From NCBI GenBank assembly GCA_035221665.1, contig CM069132.1, forward strand, positions 135,284,001-135,348,000: DNA of 64,000 nt, in the 5' to 3' direction. The position numbers and the translations under genes were made by a program. The notes under the pieces are model-generated. The model had not been told where the DNA came from. It saw nothing but the letters and a program-made list of their open reading frames with translations, and searched no databases. Positions 36,361 through 48,964 of this stretch are shown piece after piece (position 1 is the stretch's first letter; every line of letters starts with the position of its first letter). The stretch comes from Okamejei kenojei (lineage: Eukaryota).

Positions 36361-39203
36361 CATGTGACAACAATAAACCTAAACCTAGGGGGCATTGGTT
36401 TAATGGAAGTGGGAAAAGATTTAATAGAAACTCGAGGGGTGATCTTTTCATACAAACGATGCTGGGTTTGTGGAATGAGCAGCCAGAGGAAATAGTGGAG
36501 GCAGGTAGAATTACAATATTTAAAAAACATTTGGACATGCATAGGAAATGTTCAGAGGCAGATGGGTCAAACACAGCTAAATACTAGTTTGGATATGGCA
36601 TTTTGGTTGGTATGGACGAGTTGAGCCAAAGGGCCTGTTTCCATGCTGAATGATTCCATGACTCTATAACTACCATTTAAAAATATAAAAGTCCTAACAT
36701 TTATCTAAGGTAGTACCTATGGAAGTTTGAACCACGTTCCAGCAATTGATGTTCATTATATAGTCTTAGAGTGATACAGTATGGAAACAGGCCCTTTGGC
36801 CCAACTTGCCCATGCCGGCCAACAACGTCCCAGCTACACTAGTCCCACCTGCCTGCGCTTTGGACCACATCCCTCTAAACCTTTCCTATCCATGTACCCA
36901 GTAAAATTAATTTTAAATGTTGTTAATTTTAAATCAGCCTCAAGTATCCTCTGACAGCTCGTTCCATACTCCCATCAGCCTGTGTGTGTAAAAGTCACCC
37001 TTCAAGTTCTCATTAAATCTTTCCCCTCTCATCTTAAATCCATTTCCTCTGGTTTTTGATTCCCCAACTCTGGGTAAAATACTCCATTTACCTTATCTAT
37101 TCCCCTCATGATCTTACACACCTCTGTAGTATCACCCCTCAACCTCGAAAACACTCCAAGGAATAAAGTTCCAGCCTGCCCGACTGCTCCCTATATCTCA
37201 GGCCCTCAAGTCATGGCAACATCCTCATAAATCTTTTATGCACTCTTTCCAGTTTAACAACTTCCTTCTTATAACAGGGTGACCCAAACAGAACACAATA
37301 CTTGACACAACAGAATCTTGCACAACAGTCAAATAACATACCAACTTCTATATGTTGGAAAGAACTGCAGATACTGGTTTAAATCAGATAGACACAAAAT
37401 GCTGGAGTAACTCAGCGGGACAGGCAGCATCTCTGGAGCGAAGGAATGGGTGACGTTTCGGGTCAGGGGAGTGGGCGGTACAGAGATAAAATGTGGTCGG
37501 AGAACTGGGAAGGGGGAGAGGATGGAGAGAGAGAGAGGGAAAGCAAGGGCTACTTGAAGTTAGAGAAGTCAATGTTCATACCGCTGGGTGGTGAGCTGCC
37601 TGTCCCGCTGAGTTACTCCAGCATTTTGTGTCTCTCTTTGATACCAACTTCTATATTAATCTTTTGTTTTTAATCTCTGACAAAGTGGTGTAGGAGATGG
37701 CTGGAATCTTCCTGGAAACTTGAGAATTGCAAAGGCGGAAAATTAAAACTAAGCTGAAAGTCTTCATCTAAAGTGTCTGATGGAGCAAGATAAATATCTC
37801 AGCTGCAGCATCAGCAATAAAAGGCAGGAGAAAGTTCATTAGCTTTCGCCCCTTCTAACCCTTGGGGATGGAGGTGGACGTGTGCTAGGATAGACAGAAA
37901 AAACAGGCAAGTTAGGCTTGACCTGTCTCACTCCTGTCCCAGCACAATTGGAATCAGACTACATAATTTGCTCAGCTCCCCGGATGCAGAGATTGGACAC
38001 AATGCGAGCCCACAGGGAGCACTGAGAGCTTGATCAATCCAAGCAGCGGGTGTGACAGGACTGTAAACTCACAGAGGATACTGCAATTCTGGCAAGCTTG
38101 AGGAAGTACGTGCCATGTTTACGTCCTGCTGCCCTTCCGCTACAGTTCTGCTGGCTGCAGGCTTATGCGAGCAATCCCCCAAAGGACCTGCCCTGTGTCT
38201 GCTGCTCGCTCTGCTGTTGGGAAGCCAGGAGGCAGAACGCAGGCAAGTAGCATAGCAGAGATTGCTGATGAGGGGAACCATCTGCTTGCACTCACAGGAT
38301 TTGAGTGAGATACGGGGTTAATGCAATTCCGTAACTCCTGTTTTCCAGGTTAAAAAAAACAGGAACTAAATTGACAAAAGTCACAGAAGGCACGGGTGAT
38401 TAATATATCACCTGGAGTGCAGGAGGAGGACGGGTTAATCTTAAAGAGGTGAATAAAATCATGAGAGGAGTAGATCGGGTAGATGCACAGAATATCTTGC
38501 CAAGTGTAGGTGAATTGAGGACCAGAGGATACAAGTTTAATGTGAAGGGGAAAAGATGTAATAGGAATCTGAGGTATAAATATTTTCACACAAAGGGTGG
38601 TGGGTGTATGGAACAGAGAAGGTAGTTGAGGCTGGGACTATCCCAATGTTTAAGAAACAGTTATACAGGTACATGGATAGGACAGGTTTGGAGGGATATG
38701 TTCCAAACGCAGGCAGGTGGGACTAGCGTAGCTGGTACATTGTTGGCCGGCATGGGCAAGTTGGGCCGAAGGGTCTGTTTCCACACTGTTTCACTCTAAG
38801 ACTATATAATGAAAACCAATTGCTGGAACGTGGTTCAGACTTCCATAGGTACTACCTTAGATAATTGTTAGGACTTTTATATTTTTAAATGGTAGTTATA
38901 GAGTCATGGATTCATTCAGCATGGAAACAGGCCCTTTGACCCAACTCGTCCATACCAACCAAAATGCCCTATCCAAACTAGTATTTAGCTGTGTTTGACC
39001 CATCTGCCTCTGAACCTTTCCTATCCATGTCCAAATATATTTTAAATATTGTAATTCTACTGCCTCACTATTTCCTCTGGCTGCTCATTCCACATACCCA
39101 GCACTGTCTGTATGAAAAGATCATCCCTCGAGTTTATATTAAATCTTTTCCCACTTCCATTCAAACCTATGCCCTCTGGGTTTAGGTTTATTGTTGACAC
39201 ATG
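36361..39203. repeat. Local inverted duplication (arms 36361-36898 and 38669-39203)
   Basis: Arms are reverse complements across two CR1 tails and the non-repetitive spacer between them (ataactaccatttaaaaatataaaagtcctaaca...ccagcaattg). Confidence 0.9.
37354..37640. mobile_element. Penelope-derived fold-back mini-element
   Basis: Inverted arms; 16-bp TSD ATACCAACTTCTATAT at 37338-37353 and 37641-37656. Confidence 0.85.
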
Positions 39204-39398
39204 TACCGAGGTGCAGCGAAAAGCTTTATTTTGAATGCAACATAATCAGATCTGATAATTCTATACATAAATACAATCATCAAACGTAAGGACAATAGAT
39301 AGACTTAAAAGGGAAGATACACTGAGGAAAATATGGTTCCCAGCATTGTAGCACATCATTTTCATAGACAAAGTCCACTGTCCATAATGGGGTAGAGG

Positions 39399-40790
39399 CA
39401 GCCACGTGCCGTGAGTAATTACTCAGGGTAGGCACTCAGTCGGCTTTAAAAAAAAATGTAAACCGTGCATGTGCAGATTGTTCCCTCCGTAAAAATTAAA
39501 ATAAAAACAGTAACAATTCAATTTGCCCATGGCTTCCGAGTCTCCTTTATTCTTAATTACTGAATGGATGGGGAGTGAAGGGTGACGGTAGGTGGAGCGA
39601 TGGTGGGAAAAACGGGAGGACAGGGAAAAGTTGAATCAGTTGTCATCTAATTGAATGACAACACTTGTTCAAGGGTCCCAGTGTTCCTTTCACAGCGTGT
39701 GGAGAGTCTGTGCCAGGCGTGAAGTTGCACGGAGGGCAGGAGTGTTGAGAATGAGGGGATAATGGGGGATAATGCCAGTAACTCACTCACTCACCGCTGC
39801 CGCGGCGTTCCGGGCTCTGGGTGCGAAGCCACACACTGTAGCCGGGGATAGAAGCAGCTCGGGGAGCTGCGAGCAGCCGCCGGGACCCGACAGCAGAACT
39901 GGCCGCCATTTCAGCGCCTTCTGCCGGCCCGCTCACCCCTGGCAGTAATCTCCGTCTGAACACCTCTCACCTGCCACTCGCCGACTTTGCTCATGTCAGC
40001 GGCTTCCTGCAAATCCTTAAATTCCCACAGCCGAGTAACCTCAATCGCGCTGTTGAAATTTAAGGATTTGAGGGACATGAGTGAGGCCAGCGAGCGGCAG
40101 GAGAGAGGTTTTTAGACGGAGAGCTGCCAGAGGTGAGCGGGGACCGGCAGAAGGCGCTGAGGTGGCGGCCGATTCCTCGGTCATGCCTCTCACAGCCACC
40201 CGAGCTGCTTTGCCCCCCGTGCAAGGAGCGTCGCAAGTGACATTATCTCGACCCCTCCTTCACAACATTCGTGCCATCCCCGCAGCTTTACCCCGGGCCA
40301 GACTCCCCAAACGCTGTGAAAGGAGCACTCCCCTCACCCCCACACCCGGGGAAATACAGTATTTAAAAACATAAACACAAAATGTACTTACCACATTATT
40401 GGTACACAAACTCCATTCTTCTCTCTTTGTTTCCTAAGATACACTTAAAATATTGCCAATTTGAAAACCCCGCCAAGAAACTAGTGCTGTGCATGCGCAG
40501 TAGGCTGCTGCACATGCGCAGTGCTGCAAAAGTAGAATTTCTGCTGCCTTCAGCCCCGCTTGTCATTGACGGCTTCAGGCAGTGCTGACGGCACGTGGGC
40601 TGCACAGACCTTCAAGGGTTACAAGCGCTGCGGTTGAAAGGCACGGAGAATTATGCCTACCCAAGAGATCGATCTCTTACATAGGCATAATTCTCCCATG
40701 CCTTTACTATTTATATTTAGTTATTACTATGTTATAATGTTAGTCATGGTAGGCAGTGCCTATCTTGCCTACCCTGACGGCATGTGCCTG
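39399..40790. mobile_element. Non-autonomous hAT-type DNA transposon (MITE), copy 2, opposite orientation
   Basis: Ends CAGCCACGTGCCGT... and ...ACGGCATGTGCCTG; 8-bp TSD GGTAGAGG at 39391-39398 and 40791-40798; colinear with the reverse complement of 13476-15530 once the nested inserts are removed. Confidence 0.9.
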
Positions 40791-40889
40791 GGTAGAGGTG
40801 TATTGGACAGTATCCTTATGCAAGGACTGCTCAGAAACCTAATAACAGGGGAAGAAGCTGTTCCTGAGCTAACAGAAGGGAAAAAAGCT

Positions 40890-42180
40890 GTTCTAGTTCC
40901 AGATTCCCTTACCCTGGGAAAATGACCCTATTTATTCCCCTCATGATAATATACACCTATATAAGATCATCCCTTAGCCTCCCTTATCCCTTAGCCTCCT
41001 GCGTTCCAAGGATTAGCATCATACCCTGCCCAATCTCTCCCTATCTCAGTCCCTCAATTGCTGGTAACATCATCATAAATCTTCTCTACACCCCTTCTAG
41101 CTCAATGGCATCTTTCCAAAGCAGGGTGACGAAAGCTGAACATAATACTCCAAGAATAATACTCAATTCATTGACCGATGAAGGCTAATGTGCCAAAACT
41201 CTTCTTCACCTCTCCTTCTACCTGTAACACCACTTTCAAAGAACTATAAAGTTGTAAGTCTTGATCCCTCTGCTCCACAACTCTCAGCAGGGACCGACTG
41301 TTCGTTGTGAAGGCCCTGCCTGGTTTAACTTCCAAAAACGCAATATCTCTCATTTATCTGAATTAAACTCTGTTCTTCATCCCTCAACCAACTTGTCTAG
41401 CTGATCAAGAACCTGCTGTAATTCTTGATTATTACAATATCTTAATTAAATATGGTTCCACCAATTTTAGTTTCAAACTTACAGATAATGCGTTGTACTT
41501 TATCATCCAAATCTTTGAGTTAATTGACAAGAAGCAATGGGCCCAGCACCAATCTCCGAGAAACACTAGTTACACAACTTCAGTCGAGCAAAGGGGTGGG
41601 AGATTGCAACCTTCACGTGGTCCACCCTGTTTCAACTAATGCAATCAACTCGACGTGCACAAACAAGATCAAATAGAACAAGTTGACTTACAACTTTAGG
41701 CTGTGCAATTAGAAGAAGTCTACGCAAGAAGAAGTCTAGCAAACAAACTTCCCTGTCCAACCTCTGCTTCCTACCATGATGCCAATTCTGCATCCAGTTA
41801 GCTAGCTCTATCTGGATCCCATGCTATTTTAACCCTCCAGAGCAGCGAACCAGGCAGAACCTTAAAGACCTTCCTGAAGTCCATATGGACTGCTTCTATG
41901 GTCCACTTCTACTGACTTTGTCAACCTTCTTGATTACTTCTTCAAAAAATTCATTCAAATCTCCCTCATCCAAAACCATGCTGACTATGCCTAATGAACC
42001 CCTGTCTTTCCAAATGCCTGTATGTTGTATCCCACAAAATGCTCTCCAGTAACTTTCCTTCCACAGATGTTAGGCTTAATGGTTTCTCATTCCCAGGTTT
42101 TTCTTTGCAGCTCCTTTTAAAAAGAGGCGCAACATTACCCACTATCCAATCTCCTGTCTAATGATGATTCAGGTATCTCA
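40890..42180 (-). mobile_element. Long, old CR1-type LINE ORF2 fragment
   Basis: Minus-strand RT-domain remnants (VVEQRD...V.GEVKKSFGTLAFIGQ); heavily mutated; boundaries approximate. Confidence 0.7.
41593..41732 (+). mobile_element. Short retroposon fragment with AAG-rich tail, inserted in an old CR1
   Basis: Flanked by the 11-bp near-perfect TSD AGTC(G/T)AGCAAA at 41582-41592 and 41733-41743; family unassigned. Confidence 0.6.
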
Positions 42181-43239
42181 GCCTGCACCTGCAATTTCGT
42201 CTCTTGTTGTTGTTCAATGATCTGACAATGCAAGGTTTGCATTATCATTTTCCACCTTTTACCAGGTGATGAGGAGTATGGAATGGATGGAGTACTTTAT
42301 TGTCACATGTGACAAGGCACAGTGAAATTATTTGCTTGCATACACAAGGAGCAACAGCAATAATCAGAGGTCATGGTGCAGTAATCACCGATACAAAAGA
42401 GAACCAGACTTCAAATTGTTCGTACGAAACCTGCAAGCGGTAATTGGTGTTGAAATGACAAGATCAGCTGCATAATGATATATCGCTGTCTATGAAGACA
42501 GCAAGCTACAAGCTCACAGCATGAAGCCACTTAATAAATATGCTCTGGCAACTGTCAGGATAGTGAGACATTGGCCAAATGTACAGACAACAGACTTATG
42601 TTAATCGGACTACATGGGAACCACCAGAAAGAGATCAAGGAGGTCATCAAACGTTGTCATGATCATATTGCTTCTGCCAAACAAGGATGTTTATGTATCC
42701 AGAGACCCATCCCTCACAGTACCATGGAAAGGAAGGACGTTTTGGACTGAAGCCTTTAGACTATCAGTGACACGCTAAAGCAAAGATGTTTGAATAGACA
42801 GAGTTGGCTTTGTCATTTACGATGTGTTCCCATTTTAACCATGCAATTCCATGGAATTTGTCCATGCCTAAATAATCCAAGTGACCTATCCTATTGAAAG
42901 ACATAAAATATTGGAGTAACTCAGCGGGTCAGGCAGCATCCCGGGAGAATGTGGATAAGTGATGCTTCGCGTTGGAACCCTTCTTCAGGCCATCTTTTAC
43001 TATCCAATTGTACCGATAGAAATTGTATTTAATCAATGGTTTTTATATTTATACTTAAAAAGGTACTGCCTGGAGTTCACTTTTTACATCTGAATATCGA
43101 GACTGCATGGTGCAGTCAAAATCACAATCCCATGAACAATGCCAATACCACAAGTTCCTAATCTTAGAGTCTTAGATTTAATACTGATAGAGCCTGCTGT
43201 TTGCCCTCTCCATACCATCAACAGGATATGAAGATCATC

Positions 43240-44005
43240 ACACAATCACGATCACAATCAAAATCACAATAATACTTTATTTAGACAAATATGTTTTGCA
43301 ACATAAGAGGAATTTCATTTGCCAAGTCAGTCATACAAATAAACAACACAAAACACAAAACACATTTTAACATAAACATCCAGCACAGTGACTCCTCCAT
43401 ATTCCTCACTGTGATGAAAGGCAAAAAAAAAGTTCAATCCCTTCCCTTTGCTGCTCCGCATTCGGGGACCTCGAGCCCTCCGTTGACCGGACGATCTTGA
43501 CTCCCGTATCTGGTGGCATTTTGGGCCCTCCGTGTCGGGGCGATCCAGCTCCTGTGTCAGGGGGATGTCAGCTCCCCCGTACTGGGCGATCAAAGCCCGC
43601 GTCAGGGCTGGTCAAGCCTCTGCGTTCGTCGGAGCTCCCGACTACCCTCTCCCGACTGCGAGCTCTTGATGGTAAGTCCGCAGGCCGCGTTTTTGAGCGA
43701 TCCCAGGCAAGGGATCGGCTCTGATATGAAGTCCGCGCCCCGCAGTGGGGCCCAAGGTCAGTGTGAGGAGGCCTCCAGCTCCATCGATGTTAGGCCGCAG
43801 AGTGACTAGAGACGCGACCCGGAGACATCGCATCTCCGGCAAGGTAAGAAACTCAAAAAAGAGTTTCCCCCTCCCCCCCGCCCCACATAAAACAAGCTGG
43901 AGAACATTTACACAAACTTATAAAAGACGCTAAGAATTAAAAAAAGACAAAAAAACAAACAGACTGTTGGCAGGGCTGCCAATCGTTCGGCACCCTTGGT
44001 GGTCA
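43240..44005 (-). mobile_element. Non-autonomous retroposon with a CpG-rich body and (GTGATT)n tail
   Basis: Minus strand ends AATAAAGTATTATT followed by GTGATT-like hexamers; no credible ORF; a shorter relative lies at about 16620-16810. Confidence 0.6.
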
Positions 44006-44162
44006 CAAGGACCACATCTGCTCCTCTCAGCAGGGTAGGACTCCTGTTTCAAATCATCAACTTGATATTTAGTCGGAATAAGGTGTGGGAAAAGGGAGGG
44101 AGGGAGGGAGGTGATGTGGAAGTAACTTGTTAAATTCTGTAAGGAATTTCAGAGGGCGGGGA

Positions 44163-44992
44163 GGCACATTGGCGCGGTGGTAGTGTTGCTGCCTTATAGT
44201 GTCAAAGGCCCAGGTTCAATCCTATCTGTAGGGAGTTTGTACGTTCTCCCTGTGACTGCATGGGTTTTCTCCAGGTACTCTGGTTTCCTTCCACACTCCA
44301 AACACGTTCAAGTTGGTAGGTTATTTGGCTTCGGTAATATTATAAATTGCCCCCAGTGTGGAAGAGAGTGCCAGTGTTAGATATTGATGGTCTGTGCGGA
44401 CTCGCTAGGTCATAGAGTCTGTTTCTGCGCTGCATCTCTAAAGTCTAAAAGTCTGAAATCCAGTATTCCTGTACATTTAGCTTTAGACTGATGGTTCCCC
44501 ATGGGGAAGCCGTATGGCTGAGGGGACAAGGAGAGAGTAAAATGGCGAGCTCTTTACTGGCTTAAAATTGGGTGGAGAGATCAAACTGGGCTTTGGTGAC
44601 AAGAGAGGGTTCCATGGGCGTTCGTCGACTGGCCGGTGTGCCTTTCCCCCGCTGAGATACCTACCCATCTCCTCTCCCTTCTTAGTTTAGTTTTGTTTGA
44701 AGATACAGCGTGGAAGCAGGTCCTTCGACCTACCGAGTCCACGCTGACCAGTGATCCCCACACACTAACACTATCCTGTACTCGAGGGACAAGTTACAAT
44801 TTTACCAATCCTATTAACCTACAAACCTGTGCATTTTTGGATTGTGGAAGGAAGCCAGAACACCCGGAGAAAACCCACGCAGTTCACGGGAAGATCGTAC
44901 AAACTTCATACAGACAGCACCCCATGGTCAGGATCGAACCCGGGTCTCTGGCGCTGCTGGGCAGTAACTCTACCGCGGCACCACCTTGCCGC
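44163..44992. repeat. Tail-to-tail V-SINE pair (44163-44455 plus, 44682-44992 minus)
   Basis: Both carry the tRNA-like head and central domain. Confidence 0.78.
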
Positions 44993-46034
44993 CCCATGTG
45001 ATTCTGCGTGATTGTCCTTCACTTAGGTAGGTTGCCAGTCAGGAGCTGGAGTGAAAATTCAATCCCTGACGCCAGTGGGTATGACCTGATCCCATAGGCA
45101 AGCACTTGCTAAACCACAATCCCACTGGCAGTATAGTTTTAAATGGGAGGCTCAAACGGTGGGCAATTTGAAAAAAAGTCAGTGGGAAACATTCCAGCTG
45201 ACCAATAACAAAGCACAAAGTGCTGCAGTAATTCAGCAGGTCAAGCAGCATCAGGTTGGGATCCGTTTTTATATTGATTGCCTGACCTGTTGAGTTACTC
45301 CAGCACTTTGTGTTTTGCTCAAGATTCCCAGCATCTGCAGTTCCTTTTACCTCCTGAGCTATAAGTGACTCAACACATGACGTTACCTTCTCCCTTTTGG
45401 CTTTTCCTCACTTCAGCTGACAGGTTTGCTCAGACCGGGGAAAGTATGCTATTCACTGTAAATTCCTTAGGTTCAATCAAAAAGCTTTGAGAACATATTT
45501 ATCTAATCTTCTAAGAGTAGAAAGGCTGCATGTTCTTTCCCACACCTCCATTTTTCCTAACGACAGATACTGAGGTGAATTAGAAAGAAGGGCAGAACAT
45601 TAACATTTTCAACCTCCAGCCATTTCTGACCCCCAATCACTACCACCTAATCATCCACTGGGTAAGGATCACCCCTTAGGAATTTCTCATAATTTGCCAT
45701 CTTCCAACTATAAAATTGCCTCAGGCAATTGCCACTGGCAGCATTGGTGTTAAATGGGCCACTGACAATTAGGGTCTAGTCATAGTGCTGGAATCTTGTC
45801 AAGGCTTTAGGCCATGAATTTTGCTTTTTTCTGTGAGTGGAGGAGGACGGGAATGTTGGGTATTCCCAACTGCTATCAGATGCTAGAATTGTACTTGTTA
45901 AAAGATCCTGGCACAAATCCTTCATTGGTTTTGACAGGTCATTACTTTAATATAAGCACCCAAATCATGGACCAAGTTAAATTTGTACCTCAGCGAGTCA
46001 GGCTGCAACTCTGGAGGACATGGTGACATGGCTT

Positions 46035-46340
46035 ACTGCGGTGGCGCAATGGTAGAGTTGCTGCCTCACAGCGTCAGAGACCTAGGTTTGATCCTGACTA
46101 CGGGTGCTTGTCTGTAGAATTTGTATGTTCTCCCTGTGACCTGCGTGGGTTTTCTCTGGGATCTCCGGTTTCCTCCTACACTCCAAAGACGAACCGGTTT
46201 GCCAGCTAACTGGCTTGGTATAATTGTAAATTGCCCCTAAATTGTGTAGGATAATGTAAGTGTGCAGGGATCGCTGGTCGTTGTGGACTCGGTGGGCCTG
46301 TTCCTGCACTATATCTCTAAACTAAACTAAACTGAACTAA
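46035..46340 (+). repeat. tRNA-derived V-SINE (HE1-like)
   Basis: cggtggcgcaatggtagagttgctgcc ... ctctaaactaaactaaact. Confidence 0.85.
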
Positions 46341-46803
46341 ACATGAACAGGCGATGTTTTGGGTTGGGGCCTTTCTTCAGACTTGAGACTGAAGAAGATC
46401 CTGACCGAAAACATTGCCTCCTCACTCCTCCAGAGATGCTGCCTGACCTGCTGAGTTATTGCAGCACTTTGTGTCTTTTTTTTTTGTAAACCAGCATTTG
46501 CAGACCCTTGTATCTACATCTGAAATTGGTATCTCCTGCTTGGTTCCAATAGAATCTATTGTGGTGATATGATTACAATTCTATTGCCTTGCCGTGGTGA
46601 TGCCTGGACTGGTGCAACAGATTAAAGACTAATTATTCAATTCAATTAATTTGCCATTCCCAGAACACTGTGCTCAATAAAGCAATGTCCCTTTTTGCAA
46701 TATGCTCAATAGCACTTGCCAACTGATTTTCTATGTGTGCTGTGCGATTTACCTTAAGCAAAACTAATTACATTTGTGATAAGGTGAAAATAACAGAACT
46801 TAC

Positions 46804-47053
46804 GTGTCTGAGGAAACAGTGGCTGACTCGAAGAGGACTGTTTGTACAGTGTTCGAGTTCCTTCAGAAAGTGCTGACAGTGAAAATCATACAGCTTTTCC
46901 AAATTCCCAAATATGGTGTTACGCTTTCCACGCAGATCTTGAGGCAGGTCAATTCTCTCCATCTCCGGGAAGTATTGATCTATGATGTATCCAAGGGACT
47001 TGACATACTCCCTCTCTGTGCCAATCATTTCTTCCATGATGTGCTGCAACTTG
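46804..47053 (-). CDS. PLEKHG4B: PLEKHG4B exon, N-terminal DH domain
   Basis: gtag|C AAG TTG CAG CAC ... CAC|gtaagt, 250 nt; (S)KLQHIMEEMIGTEREYVKSLGYIIDQYFPEMERIDLPQDLRGKRNTIFGNLEKLYDFHCQHFLKELE. Confidence 0.96.
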
Positions 47054-47267
47054 CTACAGGTAAGTAAAGGACAACCATTTGCAACATTTCTTAGCTTCAG
47101 GAATTCCAGGACAAACTATCGCAAACTTGCTCAGATGAACGCACTGGTGAATTGCTAGATTTATGCTATTTGACCTAAAAATAGGATGAGGACACATTTA
47201 CTATGGGAGCTCAACGTTTCATACCAATCGTACTTTTCCCCTGTGCTCCCAATTACACATTGCAGAA

Positions 47268-47860
47268 TATAGAAACATAGAAATTAGGTGCAGGAGTAGG
47301 CCATTCGGCCCTTCGAGCCTGCACCGCCATTCAATATGATCATGGCTGATCATCCAACTCAGTATCCCGTACCTGCCTTCTCTCCATATCCCCTGATCCC
47401 CTTAGCCACAAGGGCCACATCTAACTCCCTCTTAAATATAGCCAATGAACTGGCCTCAACTACCCTCTGTGGCAGAGAGTTCCAGAGACTCACCACTCTC
47501 TGTGTGAAAAAAGTCTTTCTCATCTCGGTCTTAAAGGATTTTCCCCTTATCCTTAAGCTGTGACCCCTTGTCCTGGACTTCCTCAACATCAGGAACAATC
47601 TTCCTGTCGAACCCCTTAAGAATTTTGTAAGTTTCTATAAGATCCCCTCTCAATCTCCTATATTCTAGAGTATAAACCAAGTTTATCCAGTCTTTCTTCA
47701 TAAGACAGTCCTGACATCCCAGGAATCAGTCTGGTGAACCTTCTCTGCACTCCCTCTATGGCAATAATGTCCTTCCCCAGAACTGTACGCGATACTCCAG
47801 GTGTGGTCTCACCAAGACCCTATACAACTGAAGTAGAACCTCCCTGCTCCTATACTCAAA
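47268..47860 (-). mobile_element. CR1-type LINE 3' fragment
   Basis: SRTRGHSLRIRGKSFKTEMRKTFFTQRVVSLWNSLP; atagaaacatagaaatt tail. Confidence 0.88.
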
Positions 47861-48029
47861 TCCAAATATACATTAGACACAGACATACTGCAACTCAACC
47901 AGTGCATATCCTAAAATTTGGATGGAGTAGAAATTGTCAATTGCGTTCAGCAAAGTTTCCTCAGGCAATATGTAGAGGACCTGAAAAGGGGGAGGGCAGA
48001 ACATGCACTACGTTTTTGGGATTCAGGTG

Positions 48030-48960
48030 ACAATATACAAGGCATGATTAATGAAGATTGCAGGTGACAATAAATTAGGTGTTGTGATAGATAGAGTGAA
48101 GTTGTTTATCAGGAATTACAGCAGGCTCTTGATCAGTTGAAGTTAAATTCAGATAATGTGAGGTTTTGCATTTTGGGAAGTCACACCAGGGCAAGACCTT
48201 TAGAGTGAACAGCAGGGCCCTGGAGAGTTTTATTTTAAAGTGCGGAGCAATCTAAGAGTACAGGTACATAGTTCACTGAAGTTGGTGCCACAGGTAGACA
48301 GGGTGATCAAGAAGGCTTTTGGCATGCTGGCCATCATCATTTAGGGAATTGAGTCCAGTAGTTGGGACCCTATATATAGTTATTCAAGACAGTGGTGAGG
48401 CTGCACTTGGAGTGTTGTGTTCTGTTTTGGTTACCCCGCTAGAGGAAAGATGCCATAGTGCATGAGCTGTAGGGAGAAATTGGACAGGCTTGGACTTTAT
48501 TCCTTTGAATGCAGGAGGCTGAGGGGTGATTTTATAGAGATGTATAAAATCATGAAGGAAATAGAGAGGGTAAATGCATAGAGTCTTTTCCACAGGGAAG
48601 GGGTATCAAGTACAAAATGCCACAGGTTTAAGATGGGAGGGTAACGAATTAATGGGAATCTGAGGAGCATTTTTTCACATATAGTTAGACACAATAAGCT
48701 GGAGTAACTCTTCGGGACAGGCAGTATCTCTGGAGAGAAGGAATGGGTGATGTTTCGGGTCGAGACCCTTCTTCAGTCTGAAACGTCACCCATTCCTTCT
48801 CTCCAGAGATGCTGCCTGTCCCACTGAGTCATTCCAGCTTTTTGTGTCTATCTTCAGTTTAATCCAGCATCTGCAGTTCCTCCTTACTCTTTTCACATAT
48901 ATATGGATATATGGAATGATCTGCCAGATGAAGTAATTGAAATTGCACTCCAGCATTAAA
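48030..48960 (+). mobile_element. Degenerate CR1-type LINE, interrupted by fold-back mini-element 48684-48889
   Basis: CEVLHFG, V.RVIKKAFGMLA and RRLRGDFIEMYKIM motifs; boundaries approximate. Confidence 0.75.
48684..48889. mobile_element. Penelope-derived fold-back mini-element
   Basis: Arms of about 70 bp (48686-48757 and 48780-48850); TSD TTTTCACATATA at 48672-48683 and 48890-48901. Confidence 0.85.
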
Positions 48961-48964
48961 ATGA

